Of a stretch of DNA of 64,000 bases, positions 59,255 to 64,000 are shown one piece after another. Under the pieces are notes generated by a model, which saw only the letters and a list, made by a program, of their open reading frames with translations, ran no database searches and had not been told where the DNA came from. Origin of the DNA: Planctomycetaceae bacterium (GTDB taxonomy: Bacteria; Planctomycetota; Planctomycetia; Planctomycetales; Planctomycetaceae); the NCBI GenBank assembly GCA_021732995.1, contig JAKFWA010000068.1:115099-179098 (forward strand), read 5' to 3'. The number at the start of each line of letters is the position of its first letter. Position 1 is the first letter of the stretch. Made by a program: the position numbers and the translations under genes.

Positions 59255-61663
59255 GTGACTACCTCTGAGGTGATGCCGCCGCAGAAACCCGAGCTATCGG
59301 TAGATGACTCGGTATTTCGCACGATCGTCGAGGGCTCGATTCAGGGCATCCTGATCCATCGTGAACAGAAACCGCTGTTTCTGAACGACGCCTGGGCTCG
59401 TATTCACGGGCTGACAGTCGACGAAGTGCTCGCCCTGCCGAACGTCCTGGGGCTGATCCATCCCGATGAACGCGAACGTATGCTCGGCTACATGCGGCTG
59501 CGGATGGCGGGTAAATCGGCACCGGATCGCTACGAGTATCGAGGCCTGCACCGCAATGGCTCGACGATCTGGCTGGAAAACATCGTGCGGCCGGTCGAAT
59601 GGCAGGGTGAGCCCGCCATTCAGGCCGTGATTGTGGACATCACCCAGCGAAAATATGCCGAGCACGAACTGCGCGAGAGCGAAGAGCGTTTTCGCAGGGG
59701 CTTTGAACATGGTCCGATCGGCGTGTTCTTCGTCGATCGCGAGTTGCAGTTCATACGCGCGAATCGTGCGTTCTGCGACCTTGTGGGTTACGACGAGTCG
59801 GAACTGAGCGGCATGAACCTTCGAGACATCACGCCGCAGCAGGAGTCGTGTGATGACGAGCCTTGTCCCGACACTGATGCGACCGATTTTCAGGACTTCA
59901 CGATCCGCAAGCAATATCGGCGTCGCGATGGTTCACTGGTGTGGACTCGAGTCTCATCGCACTGGGTGCGGGATGATGCCGGACAGCCGACGAATCGCAT
60001 GACGTTCGTTGAGAACATCACCGAACGTGTGCAGGCTCGGCAGGCACTGGAAGCGAGCGAACGACGGTTTCGCAACCTGGTCGAAGGCTCGATTCAGGGC
60101 ATTATCATTCATCGCGATGACCGGCCGCTGTTCGTGAATGATGCCTGGGCGAACATCCTCGGCTATTCCATCGAAGAGATTCTGCAGGCGAAGTCGACGC
60201 TGGACTTCATCGCGCCGCAGGACCGCGAACGCTTGCAAAGTTACCGGGTGGCGAGAACTCGCGGTGAGCCCGCCCCATCCCGCTACGAGTATCAGGGACA
60301 GAGAAAAGACGGTTCGCTGGTCTGGCTGGAGAACAATGTGCGCGTCGTCGACTGGGACGGGCGGCCCGCCGTTCAGTCGACCATTATCGACGTGACTGAG
60401 CGCAAGCTGCGCGAAGGCGAACTGGTTTCTTTCAACGCGGAACTGGAACGGCGAGTTCTGAAACGCACGGCAGAACTGGAAACGTCAAATGTGCGGCTGC
60501 AGAAGGAGATCGCCGAGCGAACTCGTATCGAGTACGAGCTGCGAAACGCACGCACGCTCTATGAGTCGCTGGTGGAATCGATTCCGCTGTGCGTGGCGCG
60601 AAAGAACCTGGCGGGCCAATTTGTCTTCGCGAACCGCGCGCTGCGGGATGTGCTCGGCGGGGACCTCGGCGAGATCATCGGCAAGGACGACTATGCGTTC
60701 TCGCCGCCGGAACTCGCTGACAAATATCGGGCAGACGATCTGCGGGTCATCCAGACGGGCGAACAACTTGATTTCGTCGAAATGACCAACTTCGGTCGGC
60801 CCGAGGGTGAGCGTTACATCCACACGCTGAAGACTCCAATTCGGGACGCCGATGGGGTCGTCAACGGGACACAGCTCATCTTCTGGGACGTCACCGCGGA
60901 AACCCGGGCGCGGCAGGCTCAGGCGCAAGCTCAGGAAGAACTCCAGCACAAGAACCGGGATCTCACGTCCCTACTGTATGTGATTTCGCACGATCTCAAG
61001 GAGCCGGTGCGGGCGATTCAGTCTTTTGCCATGCTGGTCGTGGATCGGTATGCGGGCCAACTCGAAGAAAAGGGACGCGACTTCCTGCGACGTGTCATTG
61101 ACGCTTCCAGCCGCATGCAGCACCTGCTGGATGACGTGCTGATGCTGTCTCGCGCGCAGCGAACGATCGACCCGAAAGACACGGTGGATCTTAACACCAT
61201 CGCGCGGGACGTCTTGATTCAGGCGCAGGCGAGGATTGAGGAGACGCAGGCCCAGGTTCAAATCGTCGGCACGCTCCCGACCATTCGCGGCGATCGACGC
61301 TGGCTGAATCAGGCGGTGCTCAACCTGGTGGTCAACGCGCTCAAGTTCACGAATCCCGGTGCTGCCCCCGAAATCGAGATCGCTGGCTGCGAGATCACGG
61401 AAGGCGACTGGGTTCTGCCGGGCATCGTGATTCGTGATCGCGGCCCGGGCGTTGATTCTGAACATCACGAGCGGATCTTCGAGCTGTTTCAGCGTGCCGT
61501 GTCCCGACAGGTCGAAGGCACGGGAGCCGGACTCGCGATTGTCCGGCAAGTGGCCGAGGGACATCTCGGCCGGGCCTTTGTGCGATCGCGCGAAGGTGGC
61601 GGTTCCGAGTTTGTGATGACCTTCGGCACGACGTTCAACGGGTTCGATCAGGCAGCTCAGTAA
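59255..61663 (+). CDS. Multi-PAS sensor histidine kinase
   Basis: Four PAS/PAC-like repeats, then a HisKA box VISHDLKEPVRAIQSF and a HATPase_c domain. Start taken at GTG 59255, 6 nt after AGGAGA; the ORF is open from 59177. Confidence 0.85.
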   Translation: MTTSEVMPPQKPELSVDDSVFRTIVEGSIQGILIHREQKPLFLNDAWARIHGLTVDEVLALPNVLGLIHPDERERMLGYMRLRMAGKSAPDRYEYRGLHRNGSTIWLENIVRPVEWQGEPAIQAVIVDITQRKYAEHELRESEERFRRGFEHGPIGVFFVDRELQFIRANRAFCDLVGYDESELSGMNLRDITPQQESCDDEPCPDTDATDFQDFTIRKQYRRRDGSLVWTRVSSHWVRDDAGQPTNRMTFVENITERVQARQALEASERRFRNLVEGSIQGIIIHRDDRPLFVNDAWANILGYSIEEILQAKSTLDFIAPQDRERLQSYRVARTRGEPAPSRYEYQGQRKDGSLVWLENNVRVVDWDGRPAVQSTIIDVTERKLREGELVSFNAELERRVLKRTAELETSNVRLQKEIAERTRIEYELRNARTLYESLVESIPLCVARKNLAGQFVFANRALRDVLGGDLGEIIGKDDYAFSPPELADKYRADDLRVIQTGEQLDFVEMTNFGRPEGERYIHTLKTPIRDADGVVNGTQLIFWDVTAETRARQAQAQAQEELQHKNRDLTSLLYVISHDLKEPVRAIQSFAMLVVDRYAGQLEEKGRDFLRRVIDASSRMQHLLDDVLMLSRAQRTIDPKDTVDLNTIARDVLIQAQARIEETQAQVQIVGTLPTIRGDRRWLNQAVLNLVVNALKFTNPGAAPEIEIAGCEITEGDWVLPGIVIRDRGPGVDSEHHERIFELFQRAVSRQVEGTGAGLAIVRQVAEGHLGRAFVRSREGGGSEFVMTFGTTFNGFDQAAQ

Positions 61664-62514
61664 AGCAGTGTGGCGAGCTTGTGGCGGTACTCATTCACGA
61701 GCGCGCTGCCGCCGAGAATCCCAAAGAGCTTCACCATCTGCTCCTTGGCTTCTTTCGCATTCGGTCCGCCGAGGTCCTTGTCGATCACGGCCAACAGAAT
61801 TTCAAAGGCGTCGCGGTGCCTGCTGTCAGCAGCGAGAGCATCGGCCAGACGCACCTGCAGCGCCAGGTCATTCGGATTCGCGTCCGCGGCTTGTCGGGCA
61901 GAGGCGATGCCACCCGACTCTTCCGCCGTGGCCTGCAGTTCGAGTTGCGACTTGATGGATTCGGCTTCGGGTTCCAGATAACCACGAGCTTCCAGCGCCG
62001 CGATGATCTCGCCAGCCTCATCAAACCGGCTTTGCGCGAACAGCACTCGCGCGAGGTGAATCTTGGTTTCGTCAACTTCTTCCAATTCGAGCGACTCACG
62101 CAACTTGGCTTCGGCGGTGACTTGATCTTTGGGTTCGAGCACCAGTGCTTGGGACACCAGTTCCTGAGCCTTTGACGGCACGAAACGCATTACCCACTGT
62201 CGCAACTGTTCTTCAGGAATGACGCCCATGAAGCTGTCGACTGGCTGACCACCGGAGAACATCGCAACGAGCGGAATCGACTGGACCCCGCACATCATGG
62301 CCAGTTCCTGAGCCTCATCAATGTTGACCTTCGCGAGAATGACCTTGCCGCCACATTCCTCGACGATCTTTTCGAGCAGAGGGGCCAGTTTCAGGCACGG
62401 CTGACACCACGGAGCCCAGAAATCGACGATGACCGGCACTTCGAGCGACTTTTTGACAATCAGCTCTTCGAACTGTTCAGTCCCGACATTCACAATCCAA
62501 GCCGACTCAGCCAT
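61657..62514 (-). CDS. Thioredoxin-domain protein with C-terminal TPR-like domain (YbbN/CnoX-like)
   Basis: WCQPC active site. Start at MAESAWIV. 7-bp convergent overlap with the kinase gene. Confidence 0.8.
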   Translation of the reverse strand: MAESAWIVNVGTEQFEELIVKKSLEVPVIVDFWAPWCQPCLKLAPLLEKIVEECGGKVILAKVNIDEAQELAMMCGVQSIPLVAMFSGGQPVDSFMGVIPEEQLRQWVMRFVPSKAQELVSQALVLEPKDQVTAEAKLRESLELEEVDETKIHLARVLFAQSRFDEAGEIIAALEARGYLEPEAESIKSQLELQATAEESGGIASARQAADANPNDLALQVRLADALAADSRHRDAFEILLAVIDKDLGGPNAKEAKEQMVKLFGILGGSALVNEYRHKLATLLY

Positions 62515-62833
62515 GACGTTCCTCTTGGTGCAAGATCTACCCGCAGAATCGCGTCGCAAGCTCTTTGCGGAGCGAAAGCCGACATTTGCCGCCGCAACTA
62601 TGCCGGTGAAGCGGTCGCGACGCGGACGATTCAGACAGGCTCTGCCAGCAGGATAGTGGAAGCGGATAGCGTCCCGCGAGCACGCTCCATAACCATGACC
62701 ATGATGAACTGCTCGCCATCAGAAACCACTCACGGTGATGTTTCCCTCGAACTCTCGCCATAATGACCGCGCAAGCCCTGATCAGTAGCGAAAAATCCAT
62801 TCAGCGGAGTTCGGTACGCTCAGCCGTCCCGAT

Positions 62834-63337
62834 TTGATGCCTTCAAACCCGTATTGCCTCAATTTTCTAAAGCCGGTATTTCACGGTCCCTTCATGACGT
62901 CCCCTCTCTTTAAGTCCGGACAACCTCTGAGTTCGCGCGGTCGCGTGATGCTCGGTTTAGGAAGTCTGGCACTTCTCAGCGGGTTCTGCGTCGCAGCGTG
63001 GATTCAACCGGATCCTCGCGGATTCGGAACTCACCATCAGCTCGGTCTCCCTCCTTGTAACTTCCTTGATCTCACTGGTTTCGCCTGTCCTGCCTGCGGC
63101 ATGACAACCTCCTTTTCCCACTTCGTTCGCGGTCATTGGATGCAGTCTGCTCGGTGCAGCCTCACCGGATTCACCCTCGCCAGCGTATGTGCGACAGGTG
63201 TTCTGTGGAGCTGGCTCAGTCTCTGGACAAAGCGGTTGTGCTTTGTCCAACGGCCTGATCGAGCGGCACTCGTCGTGATGGGCGTGCTGTACACGGTGGG
63301 ATTGGGTGAATGGGTCAGCCGCATCCTGTCTCAATAA
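62834..63337 (+). CDS. DUF2752-like membrane protein
   Basis: CPACGMTTSF motif plus TM segments. The start is uncertain; internal Met residues are possible. Confidence 0.55.
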   Translation: MMPSNPYCLNFLKPVFHGPFMTSPLFKSGQPLSSRGRVMLGLGSLALLSGFCVAAWIQPDPRGFGTHHQLGLPPCNFLDLTGFACPACGMTTSFSHFVRGHWMQSARCSLTGFTLASVCATGVLWSWLSLWTKRLCFVQRPDRAALVVMGVLYTVGLGEWVSRILSQ

Positions 63338-63355
63338 GCCTTCCCTCACAGACCT

Positions 63356-64000
63356 ATGGCCAGATCCCACATCAAAACGTTGCGAGTTGCCACGGGCCTG
63401 ATCTGCCTCGTGAGCCTGGTAACTTCCCTGGCCGGCTGCTCGCTGGGCGTGATGGCCGGCAAGATGCTCTTTGGAGATCCCAAGATCGACGCGGCTTTCA
63501 CGGCCCGTACCGGCGAGGACCTCACGAAGGGTGAGAAGAAGATCGTGCTGGTTTGCAAGACGCCGTATTCCGTCGAAAACAAGATGCCGACGCTGCGCTA
63601 CGACCTGAACTACGGCATCGTGCAGCGTCTGAAGCAACGGGGCATCAAGACGGGTTCTTCCGAGAAGGTCTCGACGTGGCTCGACGAGCACGGCGGCGAA
63701 GTCCGCAATCCCAAAGAGCTGGCGAAGGAATTCGACGCGGACTTCATCGCGATCGTCGAAGTCCACGGTCTCAAGTTCTATGAGGACAACAGCCCGGACA
63801 TGCTGCGCGGCAACGCTCACGGAAATATCCGAGTGTTTGAACTGCGTGGAAAAGGCGAAGACAAAAACGCGTTCCAGGTCTACGCTGGCGAGTTCTCAAC
63901 GCAGTACCCGCAGTTCAGCCCGGTCTCGATTCATCAGGTGACCGAGCGGACGTTTCAGAAACAGTTTGTGGATCACATCAGCATCAACATCGCTCGCCAC
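63356..64000 (+). CDS. Lipoprotein, hypothetical (3'-truncated by the window edge)
   Basis: Lipoprotein-type signal ending CLVSLVTSLAGCS. Open to the end of the window, so it is not in the ORF track. Confidence 0.55.
   Translation, partial: MARSHIKTLRVATGLICLVSLVTSLAGCSLGVMAGKMLFGDPKIDAAFTARTGEDLTKGEKKIVLVCKTPYSVENKMPTLRYDLNYGIVQRLKQRGIKTGSSEKVSTWLDEHGGEVRNPKELAKEFDADFIAIVEVHGLKFYEDNSPDMLRGNAHGNIRVFELRGKGEDKNAFQVYAGEFSTQYPQFSPVSIHQVTERTFQKQFVDHISINIARH

Overview
This is a 64 kb, high-GC chromosomal segment whose gene content is typical of Planctomycetota. I call about 55 CDS, one clear tRNA-Arg(UCG) and two adjacent atypical tRNA-like genes. Indicative genes are a PSCyt/DUF1549/DUF1553 protein, a DUF1501 protein, a sulfatase and a 1458-aa PVC-type heme protein with ThuA-like, discoidin, beta-propeller and HEAT domains. 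Housekeeping genes include a YgiQ radical-SAM protein, a PFK, an SPFH protein, a thioredoxin-TPR protein and a PAS histidine kinase.

The main discovery is an integron-type gene-cassette array at about 21.45-25.86 kb, starting about 450 bp downstream of the tRNA-Arg gene.
- Seven co-directional small ORFs are each followed by a ~90-bp imperfect palindromic attC-like site.
- The 7-bp core at the end of every site is the exact reverse complement of the inverse core that opens the next site. The two arms of each site differ by two single unpaired bases at conserved positions.
- I can see no integron integrase or other recombinase ORF anywhere in the window, so this looks like a CALIN-type array or an array whose intI lies elsewhere.
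- The cargo includes an AlkB-like 2OG-Fe(II) dioxygenase, a stand-alone GyrB 24-kDa (GHKL) ATPase-domain homologue, a DUF4262 protein, a membrane protein and several unknowns.

The second notable locus is a compact Tad/Flp-like pilus operon at 46.6-52.0 kb. It has two paralogous atypical prepilins, then cpaB, cpaF, tadB and tadC, but no secretin, prepilin peptidase or CpaE in the window.

Other structured non-coding features are a ~275-bp nested palindrome (MITE-like) at 10.38-10.65 kb, a REP-like CACTGGC-NNN-GCCAGTG hairpin element present at 13.70 kb and in two tandem inverted copies at 57.92-57.98 kb, and several Rho-independent-type terminators.
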